DNA of 64,000 bases from Halocafeteria seosinensis. Its lineage: Eukaryota. Location of the stretch: contig LVLI01000198.1 in NCBI GenBank assembly GCA_001687465.1, forward strand, positions 1 to 64,000. Reading direction: 5' to 3'. A program made the position numbers and the translations under genes. The notes beneath the pieces are model-generated. The model saw nothing but the letters and a program-made list of their open reading frames with translations. It was not told the origin of the DNA and did not search any database. This document shows positions 1 through 12,732 of the stretch, in pieces (the stretch's first letter is position 1; the number at the start of each line of letters is the position of its first letter).

Positions 1-5
1 TGCAA

Positions 6-1514
6 ATGGGATACAAAACTGTGGACCACCTTAAAGCAAACACCTCACCAAGTCTTTCAGCTTTGCTTGACGAATCCTTCTTTCTTACCGAAGGGAGTGT
101 TTATGGTGGCGAAGGGTCCATAACATTGCATTTGGGAGAAGAGCCCCTAACCCTCCGCGCATTGGACGCCGTGGGGCACCAAAGGTCGCTGGGTTGCCAG
201 AACATAAAACATGACGAGGTAGCTCTCCTTATTCAGGCGAGTGCTAGTGGGTCTGCTTCGGTTCAGCTTTCCAAAGCCAAGGCCGCGGAGAACGCGGTGT
301 CCTGGCATTTTCTTCGACAATGGTATATGTTTAAGACGCCCACCTCGAATGAAGTCGACATCGAAACGTTCCTCCAGGATGTTTGTCCGAAGACGCATAT
401 TCCGTCTGATTTGAAAGGTAGTACAGTGAATCTCAGTGATGGGTTGGTACCATATTGCAGGAGCAGTAAAAACACATTAGCTCAACTGGTACGTGACGAA
501 GGTAAAAACGGAAAAAGAGTGCTTCGAGCGATGCTTCATAGCTTGCCCGAGAAAGGGGCTACGGCTGATCTTGTCGTGGTGGTTAAGACACGCAAGGGAG
601 GGTTTAGGCTGTTACTTATTCAAGTAAAAAATGGGTGCGCCGATATTAGTCAGAGCTTGCCCAGTCTGGATATTTGGCGTTGGTTTGAAAACACCAAAAC
701 ACATCATACTGAAATCAACGCAGCTCTCTTATCTGAGCCCCCGATCAGGTTGATCTGTCAGGCTCGTGGTTTCTCCGAAAGCGTGTACGAGTGGATGCAC
801 TACTTCAATGAGGTCCTTCTTCCTGGCCACCCTATTTTACCTGGTCGAATCCTCGAGGAAAATATTGGAATAGATATATGCAGCAATACGTATGAGGAGA
901 GTTTTTGTGATATGCCAAAGGACTATCGATGCTGGTGGCCTTCCAAATGTCCTCCGCCCGCATTGCCTCCTGTGACGCCTAGTAATTGTTTGGTTGTGGT
1001 AAACGAGGAGCAAACCGTTGAGAAGAAGCTCATTGATGACCTTCGCTCTCTGGAGGTTTCTGATAAGGTCAAGTTAGAATGTGTCACCGACAAGTCTTCA
1101 ACCGCCGCCGGCGGTGACAGTCCCGAAGAAGTCCGGTTCCAATGCGATAACGAGTGGGAAGCAGTCAACTGTATGCGAGCGATACAGGACGCCACATCCC
1201 ACAATGTCGTGGTGGAGTTCCGCCATGAGAGCCCATTTCCTCGGGAGCAAGACCCTTTAGAGATTTCCGCCCCACGCGCAGAAGAACTCAAATTCAAATT
1301 TTCCTGTAACGGTGTCAGATATACCGTGAAAAGATGCGGCACGATCCTGTCTGACAAAAGAGAGGTGTTTGCGTACCCCGAAACGTTGAAGCAAATTGTG
1401 CTTGCAGGTCAATCCCACTCTTTTGATTTCACCGTACCATTACTAACCACCTTCGGTTTGCAGCCACTCAAGAAAAAGCAGCAGAAAAAAGAAGAGGACA
1501 GTGGGAAGATATAG
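6..1514 (+). CDS. Crinkler-like effector, C-terminal part with PD-(D/E)xK restriction-endonuclease-like domain (probably 5'-truncated by the window edge)
   Basis: 502-aa intronless ORF. ADLVVVV...LLIQVKNG fits the REase-fold D...QxK core typical of CRN C-terminal domains. Lies next to another CRN-like gene. Confidence 0.5.
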   Translation: MGYKTVDHLKANTSPSLSALLDESFFLTEGSVYGGEGSITLHLGEEPLTLRALDAVGHQRSLGCQNIKHDEVALLIQASASGSASVQLSKAKAAENAVSWHFLRQWYMFKTPTSNEVDIETFLQDVCPKTHIPSDLKGSTVNLSDGLVPYCRSSKNTLAQLVRDEGKNGKRVLRAMLHSLPEKGATADLVVVVKTRKGGFRLLLIQVKNGCADISQSLPSLDIWRWFENTKTHHTEINAALLSEPPIRLICQARGFSESVYEWMHYFNEVLLPGHPILPGRILEENIGIDICSNTYEESFCDMPKDYRCWWPSKCPPPALPPVTPSNCLVVVNEEQTVEKKLIDDLRSLEVSDKVKLECVTDKSSTAAGGDSPEEVRFQCDNEWEAVNCMRAIQDATSHNVVVEFRHESPFPREQDPLEISAPRAEELKFKFSCNGVRYTVKRCGTILSDKREVFAYPETLKQIVLAGQSHSFDFTVPLLTTFGLQPLKKKQQKKEEDSGKI

Positions 1515-1670
1515 TCACAAACAGAAGACTGTGATCGTTTGACTGCTAGTGTCCATGAGTTGGTTTTCTTCATTTTCGTTTTACACAGCAGTGTACAGGT
1601 AAAATCGCCCATATCGGCAAAATTATATTTTACCCACGGGGTAAAATTGTATTTCCACACCAACGCCACT

Positions 1671-2087
1671 TCATGTAGCGGCATGCGACACCATTTCTGA
1701 ACCGCATTTTAACAAAGATTCCAAATCTAGTCTTGGCATTTGAATCCGTCCATCCAATATCGAGATACAGCCACAAACAACATGGGGCGATTTTCCTGAG
1801 CTGGGTGGCTTTCTTGGCATACATGTTCCGTCGCTTTCGGCTGCATTAAAAAAGAGAGATGTAGTCAATATAGCACTGTTAATGTTTCGCGTATCATTCA
1901 AAAGAAGGAATATACAGCTCTGGGCACGAATGGTGAAATAAGAGCTTGCCAAACAAGGTGCGCCCGTTTGCGGATTTCTGAGGCAGTGTTCGGGGATGTA
2001 CCAATGTGGAATCTCTTTCAACGCCTTGGATAAAACAAAATTTCGAGTTTCCGCTGTTCCTGGGGTTTCTACTCTAGCAGCCGCCAT
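1671..2087 (-). pseudogene. Truncated/chimeric copy of the N-terminal header of the 2674-4253 effector gene
   Basis: Starts MAAARVETPGTAETRNFVLSKALKEIPHWYIPEHC, close to MAAARVETPENGENRKFDLSKALKEIPHWYIPKHC at 4253, then diverges into a short unrecognisable tail. Confidence 0.55.
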
Positions 2088-2320
2088 AATATTCGTTGTA
2101 TTCTGAAGGGGCTTAGTGTCTGGAAAGTACATATTTGAATGGTATTACACAGTATCTGACTTCCTTTCGTGTCAATACAAAAAGACAAACACAACCCGGG
2201 CTACGGTTGAGTCAAATACAATGTACTTACGATATCGTACCATCATGTCAGATACATTTCACTACAACATCAGCACGTCTGCGACATTTTCTCTTTGTCA
2301 GCGTATCGTGTAGCTACAAC
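1983..2320. repeat. ~340-bp diverged direct repeat, copy 1 (upstream region plus first ~35 codons of the effector gene)
   Basis: Shares blocks with 4149-4497, including atgtaccaatgtggaatctctttcaacgccttggataaa, ggggtttctactctagcag, cagatacatttcactacaac and tatcgtgtagctacaacac. Confidence 0.9.
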
Positions 2321-2673
2321 ACGTTACGCACTTGCATCTCAGATTGCTTAGCTGGAAGTTCAACTCAGTATCACAGTGTGGCCCTACTGCATCTAAGCTT
2401 TCTGGTACGAAGGAAGAGCTGTGGGAGGTTGCGCACGTGGTTACATTTAGTAATGCCTCATAAATTGTGTGAAGGGAGGGTGTGTGTCTGGGATCCGTGC
2501 CCGTCCGGTGTGCGCAAAGGGGGTAATTTTGTAATTTTAGAAAAGAATTGTAAGACATAGCAGGGTATGCTACATGGTGGTGATTGCCTCCCATGGCAGT
2601 GATGTCGTTCTTTCCATTCTTGCTGGGTGTACGAATTGATGTACTTCTTGTCACCAAGTACGTCACTGGACTT

Positions 2674-4253
2674 TCAGGTGTACATCGAATCGGGCGGGCC
2701 TTCATCTGAGGGTTCGAGAAACAGCCCATTGTTTGCTACATACGAGTTGAAAAGATAGGCCGCTGCATAGTAGTCTTCAATCGTCCCGCTGTCGAACACA
2801 CGAAGCTGCTCAAGAAACTCGTTACTTGTATTCCGTTTCCGTTTCCGTAACGGGCGCTGGCCTTGTGGATTATTGTTCTCCCGCAAGCGCTTCGCACGTC
2901 CTGACGACATCGCCGATGAAGAGGCTGAGCTGGTATTTGTATCACGATCGAAATCAAAATCAATTTCCTCCAGATGTGTTGCGACCAGTTGCACCATTTC
3001 CGCAATCGAAAGGCAATCAAATATTTCTAAAGCGTTGCCGTTGAGTTGAAACGCATATGCGGTCTCGGCAGCATCGGTGACAATGACAAGAACATTCTGA
3101 GTTGACACCTCTGACAGAAGTAGCAGCTCCCCTATGGCCTGGGATTTGGCTTTCTGGTAACTCAAAGAAGCGGAAGTCTTAAACTCGAAAGCTACCGTCG
3201 CAGTGCCAAATGGTGCCTCCCGAGCCTGTCGAGATTTGGCAATGACTGCATCTGTGTGCCCGGTTAGGTTCACTTTACCATCGCAACAATGGAAAGTCAC
3301 CTGTCCGATCGATTTTTGGTGAACATCATAGAATCCAAACTTTTGCTCGTTGCCGAATTGAAGCCCAGCTTGGAAAAGAAGTTTCTGTACGTGTTCGCAT
3401 GCAGCCGGAGTCTTTTGTACCTCGTAAGCGTCCCAGGTGAACTTTTCAACGCTTTTTACCTTCTCCGGTAGTTCACCCAGATTTGTTGGCTTCTGTAGAT
3501 ACTTCTGTTCCGTGATGTCTGCGGCCACCAGTAAAGGGGTTGCCTTCTTGGTCGAAAGGTCAGAACACGCGTAGGTTTTTTCTCCATACTGTTCTCGCGG
3601 GGTGGTAGCAGCTGCAAAACCACCACACAAGACGTAGTTTGGTGTGTCAAGTACCGGTAAGTCTTGGACAGGAACGTTGGATCCCAGATGACAGTAAACA
3701 TAAAGCTCAACTTATCCAATGGGCGCTTACCTAATTCATGAGCACAAATTTTCTCAATCAAGTCACTCAGTGCCTGGCTTAGCGACAGTGCTGACAACTC
3801 TTTAAAGATATTGGCTTCCGACTTTGATTGATCCTCAATCCACTCTTTGACGGTCGCTTTCATTACCTCCTTTTGATCCGGAGGATACAAGTTGGTGAGT
3901 CGTTTTTCCGCGTACTTCGTTGAGGCTCTATCGTCAGCCAAAAGAAAGCAAGCCACCACAATGCGACGCATCAGGTTTTCGTTTTGGAGGTCAGTCAGTT
4001 CCCCTTTCCCTTCTTGTTGACATAGACATTTTCGCGCTCCTTCAATGTTTGTTGCTAGAATTCGGTGTTCTCTACTCAGGCAATATTCAATGCTTTCGGT
4101 AAAAGTTTCTTGTGGATCCTTGCCATTCTCAACTTCTTTCTTCACTTCGCAGTGTTTGGGAATGTACCAATGTGGAATCTCTTTCAACGCCTTGGATAAA
4201 TCAAACTTTCGGTTTTCCCCGTTTTCTGGGGTTTCTACTCTAGCAGCTGCCAT
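2674..4253 (-). CDS. Crinkler-like effector with C-terminal REase-fold domain; exons 4253-3731, 3611-2674
   Basis: GHTDAVI...AFEFKT...SQAIGELLLL...VLVIVTD matches the CRN-type PD-(D/E)xK signature. A phase-1 intron GTAAGC(3730)...TTGCAG(3612) joins the two ORFs in frame. Confidence 0.7.
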
Positions 4254-4497
4254 TTTATTCTTTGTATTCACAAAGGGCTTAGTGTCTTTACAGTGTTCCA
4301 ATGGGACTGCACAGTATCTGACTTCCTCTTGTCTGTCTGACTTCCTTTCGTGTCTCCGAAAGTCAATACAAAAAGACAAACAAAAAAAGGGCTACAACAA
4401 TATACTTTTGGTATCGTATGCCAGATACATTTCACTACAACGTCAGTACATCTGCGATTCTCTCTCTCTTTATCAGTGTATCGTGTAGCTACAACAC
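4149..4497. repeat. ~340-bp diverged direct repeat, copy 2
   Basis: Aligns by eye with 1983-2320. Confidence 0.9.
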
Positions 4498-4711
4498 CTA
4501 CCTTTCTTTTTCTTCGAAGTTGCCCCTTCTTCAACAAACTCGAAATTCCTCGAATCGCTCGATACCTTAACTTCAACTTGGCAGCAACAATCCGATCTTC
4601 GTCATAGTCAGTCAGTCATTCACGCCCTTTTGGCCCGTATTACCACAGCTGTTATGTTGTTGGATTGAGCCCTGGTAGGCAGTGTAGTAGTGGGTGCATA
4701 GTCCGTGTGCG

Positions 4712-7700
4712 ATGGCGGCTCGTCGAGGCCGGCAACATCATCGATTTTAATCTGCTCTTGCTGGAGGAAGGGGAGTATTTCTTTGATGTACGTGTATATT
4801 AGCTTGCATACCTTGCTCAATGGTTGTGTTTATTCGTGTGGACGTCTGCAGAATTATGTGGGGGTGGCGTATATCACCTCCAAACAGAACCCGGTTCCGG
4901 CGCAGGACTCGGACGATTCCGAGGAGGAGGAATCCCGGGGGAAGCATGATACAATTGATTTGTCGAAGGGCAAAGGAAGTCAACAACAGCATATTATTCA
5001 CGCACAACCGGATGTACGCAATGGATACTTTGGGTACCTGAAAGTATGCTCCCGAGGCATCTACTTTGACCCGCATGATCCAGCCATACCGGTGTATCGA
5101 TTCAGGTACAAGGATATGGTACGACAGCCTCATGTGGAGTGGAATCCACCGGGGTGCTGCTCGAACGACTTGGTGACGACGGCTGAAGGAGGGAGAGATG
5201 CCGGACCGTGTATCACGTTTTGTATCTCAGCCGCTACGACGATGAAGCGAAACTTCCGAGTAGAACCCTTCGGAACTGAAGTATTACCTCAATCCTGCTA
5301 TCAGTATATCGCTGTTCCGTTTGTGCAAAGTGCTAAAGAGGAGCTTTTACCCTTCATTACGCGGCTGTATGAGATAAATGCGACAATCGGTCGGGGTGAT
5401 TCCATGAAAGAGCAACAGCTATTGGACGATGTCTTGAAGGAGCGCCATCGAGGCGAATTCGATTTGATGTTGCTTCAGGATGAAGATGAACGACCTCTAA
5501 TGTCAGCTACCTCCCCGTGGTTAGTGGAACGGGTCGAACCGCTGGTCACCTGCAATGGGCGTCTTTTCGTGTCTAACTCAGCTGTGTATTTCCAGCAGGT
5601 CAATATCAACAATGTAGATTCCTCAGGGTCGTCTTCAAGCCAAAGCAAGAGCTTGAGTGACTCCAAAACACTTAAATGGCCACTGACATCTATTTCGCAG
5701 ATTTTCAGACGAAGGAGACTACTCCGTGAAATTGGGTTGGAAATTACTTTCCTAGGACGACATACAGGTACAGAGGATGATAGTGATAGTAGCTCTGAAG
5801 AAAGCGATCATAGTGATGAAAATCACCGGGAACATGGCTCCAAGCGAAGAAGCCACTCCTCGTCCAAAGAGAGTGCTGCGCATGTATATCGTGCAGATTT
5901 TTCCAGCACGGGATTGACTACCCAAGCTCAAACTCTAGGAATGCACACTGGTTACGCAGTCTCGCGCAAGAGAGGGCAATCCAGGCAGATAAGGGCGGCA
6001 GCAACAGCTTTGTCCAGTACCGATGTCAGTACAGCCGTCGATATAGTCAACGGGGTGTTCTTGAGCTTTTCAACACCATCTGCCCGTGATGAAGCGTACA
6101 CGCTAATTCATGAAGCGTCCAGCATTGCGAAAAGGAGAGAAGCTTTACTAGCTCAAACAGGGCAGTCAAAGAGTCGGGGCTCTTTTGCGAGGCGGAAAAA
6201 GAAATTACCGGAGTTTCCAACAACAGCCAGTATTCATGTTCCTCCCCAACGACGCCCGGGAATCTTCGACAAAGACGTCATCGACAACATCCAGAAGGCG
6301 AAGAAAGCGTGGGTTGAAGGATGCCTATCTAACTATGAATATCTCTGCCTTTTGAACTATGCCGCTGATAGAACACCTTTAGATATCACACAGTACCCTG
6401 TGTTTCCTTGGATCATTGCGGACTATGAGTCTGAAAAACTAGACCTGGAAGATCCGCAGACATTTCGTGATCTTACCAAGCCTGTAGGGGCCTTGAACCA
6501 AACACGATTGTCCAAATTTCGTGAAAGAATGCACGAAATGCCACCAGAAGGGGGAATGGACGCGCCGTTTCTCTACGGTACTCACTATTCTACCCCTGGT
6601 TACGTTTTGTACTACCTCATTCGAGGCGCTCCTGAGCACCAGCTAAAATTGCAAGCCGGGAGGTTCGACAGTCCTGATCGCCAATTTTACAGCATAGCGT
6701 CAACGTGGAAAGGTGTCACTGGAACCGGCCCCGATGTAAAGGAACTGACCTTTGAATTCTTTGATACCAAGTTTCAGCTTCTTACCACCAAGTCTAAGTT
6801 GAAGCAGTATGGTTATGCAGTTCACCCTTCTTCCTGGCTGGATAATCCAAATGGCGTTCCTCTGGGCATTAAGAGCGACGGTCGATCCATTGATAATGTT
6901 AAGCTACCTCCATGGAGTAACGATGATCCAGCACAGTTTGTTCGACTGAATAGGGCTGCTCTCGAAAGCGATTATGTGACCCACCGTCTTCATCACTGGA
7001 TCGATCTTATTTTTGGGTTCAAACAACGAGGAGAGATGGCTCGACGCTCCGACAATGTCTTTCATCCAATGACTTATGAAGGGGTCGTTGATCTGGAAAG
7101 TGAGACAAGCCTTGAACGTCGCATTAGTTTGCAAGCCCAAATTGCTGAGTTTGGACAGACTCCCCGTCAACTCTTCAACCAAGCCCATCCTTACTATAGG
7201 GGTGCGTCGATTCCTGTACATGTTCCTCCAAAACGGCATACGGTACATAAAGCACAAGAGGGAGAGGATAGCTCTGTTTGTCAAGGAGAATCCGCATCCG
7301 CAGAACTTGCACAAACAGAAGTCTCTTCTGCAGAGGATTCCAAAGAGAATAGTCCTTCCAAGACCGCAGAAACAAGTGTCAGTACTGCCGGGGCTATGCA
7401 TCTAAAAAGCTTCAGTAGATGGTGGACTCCTGTTTCCCTATGTGGTGAGGATAGGCCACTTCCTGAAAAGGCCGTCCCAAAGAAGAGAGGTTCACCCTCG
7501 CGCAGTAAGGGAGCGAGTGAGGACACTGAGAACAAGCTACCGCCTTTGGAATTAAACTCCCCAGTTCAAGAAACAAACATGGTGTGGCCGGTAATTCACC
7601 GAGGGTAAGTGATAGCCGTGATATCGTTGTTGTGTCCGTTGAAGACGGTATTCGTCCTTGACCCTGCAGACGTTTGATGTCTATTGCCTTTCTTAAGGGA

Positions 7701-9248
7701 TTACAAAGCCTTGGAGGTGGTGTCATCGACAGATCTGTCGCGTGCACCATAGGAGAAGATGGGATGCTATGCTTGCTGGACGTTTCATCCGAACTGGCTA
7801 AGGAGTGCTCAAATACCACGGACTATCATGAATCCATGGGGCAGCGCATCCAGAAGCGACAGGACGATACAATAGAACACCCAGATATATCGGATCTTGT
7901 TTCCGACGACGAAGGAGATGGAGCTGCTATTTATAGAGACCGATTTCTGCACTGTGAATGCATTAGCAATTGTTGTCTTTACTGCCAAACGCGCATTCCT
8001 ACATGTCGTCTTGATACGCTAAGTCTGCTTTGCCCTCCAAACGCGCAAAGCCCCCGCCAGTCTCTTGTTCAGCAGCACGAAACCATGGCAGTTGGAGACG
8101 GAAATGGATCCCTTCACTTTTTTGATGCTGTCTCACGTCGCAAAACAAGCTCTTTCCAAAATTTACACACTGGAAGAATTGCATGCGTCGACTCTGCGGT
8201 TATTTCTTTTTCGGTGGGAAAGTCGTCGATGCCTATACCGTTGTTGCTTGCAACAGGTGGAGCCGATGGGTTGCTTAAGGTTTTTCCGATCACGCGAACG
8301 GGATGTTCGAACGGATCGGTGGAAATTCATGACTGTAGCACTAAGAGCGGAGGAAAGCCCTCTCTCTCTCTTCCAGATGCTCAATCTCCCATCACAGCCG
8401 TCGTGTTTTGCCCTCCAGAAACTGAATCACCCCTGTCTACCGAGGTTCCCGTACAATCCATTCCTCAATTGTTGTACAGGGAGCATAGGAGCTTGCCTGA
8501 AAACGTAGATCCGAGCAGCAACGTGAATAGCTTAGGGGTATACGGAACTGCGAGAGGAGCGGTGGTATGGTTCGACCCTTTTCGATCAACGGAACATGTC
8601 GTTGCCACTAGTACAAGTCTTGTTCAGCCTGTGCCAGATGGTCTTTCGGTCGCTAATGGGAATGTCGGTATCACGTCGATAAAGTGGGCTGGAACAAATG
8701 GCCGCGTTGTTGCAGCATCTGGCAGCGGCCGTATTGGGATTTTCTCGGAACAGGGTATTTGTAGTGGCATTCTTACGACAGGAGATGTTCCCCGGGCTCT
8801 AGATTTACCGCAGCCGATCCACAGCTCAAGGCAAGGCACGGAGGAGACTTCAGCGGAGTCATGTGTATTTGATGGCCCCATGCAGCATAGTACTGTATGC
8901 AGCGTAGGCTCGTCCTCTTGTGCCCGGTTTTGGGACATCCGGAATTTATGGTCTGAAGTCACGATTGCGCAGTCAGCCTCGTCTCGTAGGCCGTCAAAGT
9001 CTTCGAGTAAACCTTTTCAAATGTTATGTAGCTCAGATTGTGAGTTGTACAACATTGCCTGTCAAGAGCTCGTGCTAGACCTTAGTGGTCAACTAGGGCA
9101 GAATACCAAGAGAGAAAACAAATTTAGGTTGGATCAACAGCCTATCGAGAACTGGTCAACCTGTATAGCCTTGGAGAACCGTAATCGAGTCCTCGCGGTT
9201 GGCACAGAGAATGGGCGCATATGTGTCTGGTTTAAAAAGTTCAATTGA
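4712..9248 (+). CDS. NSMAF: FAN-like PH/GRAM-BEACH-WD40 protein; exons 4712-4787 (contains a +1 frameshift), 4852-7604, 7670-9248
   Basis: N-terminal RF-NLLLLEEGEYFFD. BEACH motifs TQYPVFPWII, FRDLTKPVGALN, YGTHYS, LHHWIDLIFG and FGQTPRQLF. WD40-like C-terminus. Introns 4788-4851 and 7605-7669 are phase-consistent. Confidence 0.85.
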
Positions 9249-10037
9249 GCTATCAAGTCTTGAAAGAATAATACAATTCGAGCTCTCGCTCTATCTACGT
9301 TGACATTGATGAATCGATAAACGAACTGACTGAGGGCATTGAGGGATGGGTATCGTTCGTGGGCGAAAAGAAAAGAAGAAGAAGAAAAAATAAAAGGAGC
9401 GCGCATCGCTGTAGCATCCCATGCCGCAGGATAGCGAAGGCTGCGATGGGATTTGCAGCGCTCCCCTCTCGATTTAAGCAAACTTTTCCGCGTAGACTTG
9501 ACAAACTGGTCGCCAAAAATCATGGTGTATTACAAGCTGCTGCCAGGGCAACAGAAAAGACTTGTACTATTTCGCTTGAATTTTTCCTTGAGACCGCGAC
9601 TAGAGTTTAGTACTAGACTCCATGTGGCGGGTTCTATGGAGTTACAAACCGTTTGACTACGGTAGGTTCAGGAAGAGGTTGTAAATATCAGGACACAACT
9701 TCTCATGTGCAATGTCTATTCGTGTCGTCGGTGGTAGGTAGTAACCAGACTAGGATTGTAAGGTAGGGTTCTTAGATGTTGGCGTCGTGTGTACTGTGGT
9801 AACTACGGGTTGTACTGAATAAAAAGAAAGAGTGGCCCATACAACCGGAATGAGTGGCCGGGTGGTCTAAACTTGAGAACATCCATTCCTTGGTGGATTG
9901 ATATAATCGCGCTCTCAATTCTACTCCTACAACACGTATTATCGGTACCAATAGATGGAGTATAAGTGAACATGACCGCCTGGCCTTCATCATGCATGGA
10001 AGCATTCCCCTCGCCCTTGAAGAAGTAGCAGGAGGAG

Positions 10038-11902
10038 ATGTCCTCGTGGTCATGTAAGTTTGGTCTCCCCCAGTCCTCAGGTAGCTATCCCTCATTCTGG
10101 TTTTCCATGCTGTGCAGCACCGAGGCGTTCAGGGCCATCATCAGCTGCAGCTAGAGGAGGTGGTGGGAATCGGCTGCAACAAGGTAAAGACTGGCCAGCC
10201 TTCAGAATGTGATGTGATATGATGGAATGGAATGGAATGTTTTTGTTTTGCACAGCTGCTGAAAGGACCCTTTCGGTAGAGGATGCATTGACCTTGTTGA
10301 GACACAAAGGGTTTGATCCCAGTGAGTACAGTGAACTCGTCAATGCTGCTGCTAACGAGGAGGGCGTGATTGACGTCCCGGGGTTGTTGGAATCCTCCGA
10401 GGAGACTGTCCTCACCAAGGTGTTGGCAGATGGTAAGCGATAAAATTGCGCGTGTCCTGATACGTCATGCCGACGAGGAAGCGTGAAATCTGCATGCGCG
10501 CAACAGATCTGGTCATCTCGGATTGGAATTCCTTCACGGCAGACATTCAAGACATCTATGAACATGTAGCCTCCCTCCCGAATTCAGGCAAGAATGCCGA
10601 CTACATCCCCATTTTGGCGGAACAAGATGAAAACGCTTTTACGGTGGCGGTGTGTACTGTGGATGGCCAGAAGTTCTCCTACGGCAATACTGACTCGACC
10701 CACTGCTTCAGTATACAAGCAGGCATCAAGCCCTGGATCTATGCAGCCGCTGTCGAACAGCATGGCTTGAAAAAGGTCCACAGGCATACAGGAATCGAAC
10801 CGAGTGGGCTCGCATTCAACGAAGTTTCACTAAATGCATCGAAACGGCCACATAACCCAATGATAAATGCTGGAGCGATTGCAACTGGGTCCTTGGTACG
10901 CCCCGATCTCGACATGGCTGGGAGATTCCGCTTCTTTAGGAAGCTTCTAACTGATGTTGTTGGTGGAGAGAAAATCGGATTCAGTCAACCCACGTACTTG
11001 TGCGAACAAGAAACAGCCTGGCGGAACAATGCGCTCATGTACTACATGGACAGTGCTGGTATCTTCCCCGAGGATGCAGATCCTCGACAAGCCCTTGACT
11101 TTTACTTCCAGATGTGCTCCATTGAGGTAAATCCTCAAATGGCTGCAAATGCGGCAGCAACACTAGCCACTGGTGGAATTTCGCCTCTGACTGGGAAAAG
11201 GTGCTTCTCCCCTTCCACGGCTAAATCTTGTCTGACGTTGATGTTTAGCTGCGGGATGAATGACTATTCCGGAGAATGGTGCACTAAGATAGGATTGCCT
11301 GCGAAATCAGGAGTAGGCGGAATAGTCTATGTTGTGATACCACACGTTATGGGGATTGCCGTTTATTCTCCGCCAGTAGATGCTCACGGCAACAGTGTAC
11401 GCGCTGTCGAATTCTTCAAACGCTTACTGTCGGAACATCGACTGGGTATTTTTGACCAAGTGGTTTCTGGCATGCAGTCAATGGATATACGACAGAGCAT
11501 GAAGCAGTCTAGGCCAACTCGATCACGGAGCTTATTCGGAGAAATTCCATCAAATTCCGATCGGAAGCCGATGTGTCACTCCACCAAGAGATCCTCGACT
11601 GATGAAGCTAACCCTCGCAGTCCTCTCTGTTTGGACCGAAATTGCTTATCTCAGCTCAATGATTCAGGATCATCGCCTGTTGACAGGTATGAACGCCAGA
11701 AAGGCTTTGTTGGGAAGACAAGCGCGGTGGATGAAGCATGCGCCTCCGGAATGATTTTGGAGAGATGGAAGAACGTGCTTCGGAGAATGGGACGATTAAA
11801 GCGGAATCTACACATGATCCGCGAGTGGTGTCGGCATACGTTTCGTGCTGATATTGACTGGTTTGCTTGTGAAAATCGCATTAATAGACGACCTAGATTA
11901 CG
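10038..11902 (+). CDS. GLS: Two-domain glutaminase-like gene, 5' half (glutaminase domain 1); exons 10038-10053, 10118-10183, 10256-10432, 10507-~11829; interrupted by an insertion
   Basis: Motifs ADYIPILA, VCTVDGQ, TGIEPSG, PHNPMINAGAI, FYFQMCSIEV, GLPAKSGVGG and GNSVR. Three phase-1 introns of 64-74 nt. The 3' boundary is uncertain. Confidence 0.8.
11893..11902 (+). repeat. Left direct repeat CTAGATTACG (TSD/att-core candidate)
   Basis: Exact match to 16321-16330; read as L-D-Y in the open frame at both sites. Confidence 0.75.
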
Positions 11903-12651
11903 AGGAATGGTGTCGGCTGCGGCAACAAGCTGTCACATTGGAGATGGGCGTCGCCCAACTGTCATGGAAAAGCACGCTGCTTGACTACGGACGCCACAAC
12001 ACGTGTTTCCGCTTGAGTGACGTACAGAGGAACGGCTTGCTGGACTTCCGTTTCCGCCACGTTGTGGCGCCGCAATTGAACGCGCAGCAATTCGTGCGTC
12101 CGCCGGCCTGACATCTGTTCTTCGCTCGGAAAGCCTTCCATCCAGTCAGTCAACGCGTACGGTTCGGTGTCGTCCAACGTTTCGGCTATGGGAGGGTTCC
12201 CGTCCTGGAATCGAGATGGGCACTTTACTCTTTGTTCCTTTGGTCTGCACCGAGGCGGGCAAAGAGGCCCGCTATGTGTTTCAACTACACACGGCGACCG
12301 AGACGAACACCTACCGCGTACCGATGGGCAGAAGCGAGCTGACCGATACCGTCTCCGAATGGCTCGACGCTTGTTACGGGGGCTGTGGATTGGGTCTAGG
12401 AGAAGAGGCCAGTTTCCTCGGCATGCTCAAGTCCCCCCATGCGCGCAAAGTTTCTGTCTGCGTTTCCACTCGCGACCGTGTTTTTTCTCGACCAGTCTGT
12501 CCTCCACACGCGTCCGCATGCGTGCCAAAGCACGTTCCTGCTGGACGGTGCGCATGGTGGGAGATGGGTCCTGCAAGAATCTTATGTCCGTAAAACGGAC
12601 GTTCCGCATCTTGCTTTGTTTTATCTGATTTGCGGTCTGCACGGCCATTGA
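11893..12651 (+). CDS. Element gene A, 3' portion (orphan); predicted exons 11893-12093, 12150-12449, 12496-12651
   Basis: Frame open from the left repeat (LDYEEWCRLRQQ...). Phase-0 intron GTGCGT...CTGAC...TCAG (56 nt) and a weaker 46-nt intron link three ORFs. Confidence 0.4.
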
Positions 12652-12732
12652 TTGCGGATCAACCAGCCAGCCGCGATTCTCGTTGGCGGGGGTGGCCGGT
12701 GTCGTTCGGGTTTTCTTTTATCGCATAACGTT

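Noticed and set aside
1627..1647. Helitron 3' hairpin
   Set aside because: No CTRR terminus at the expected distance on either strand.
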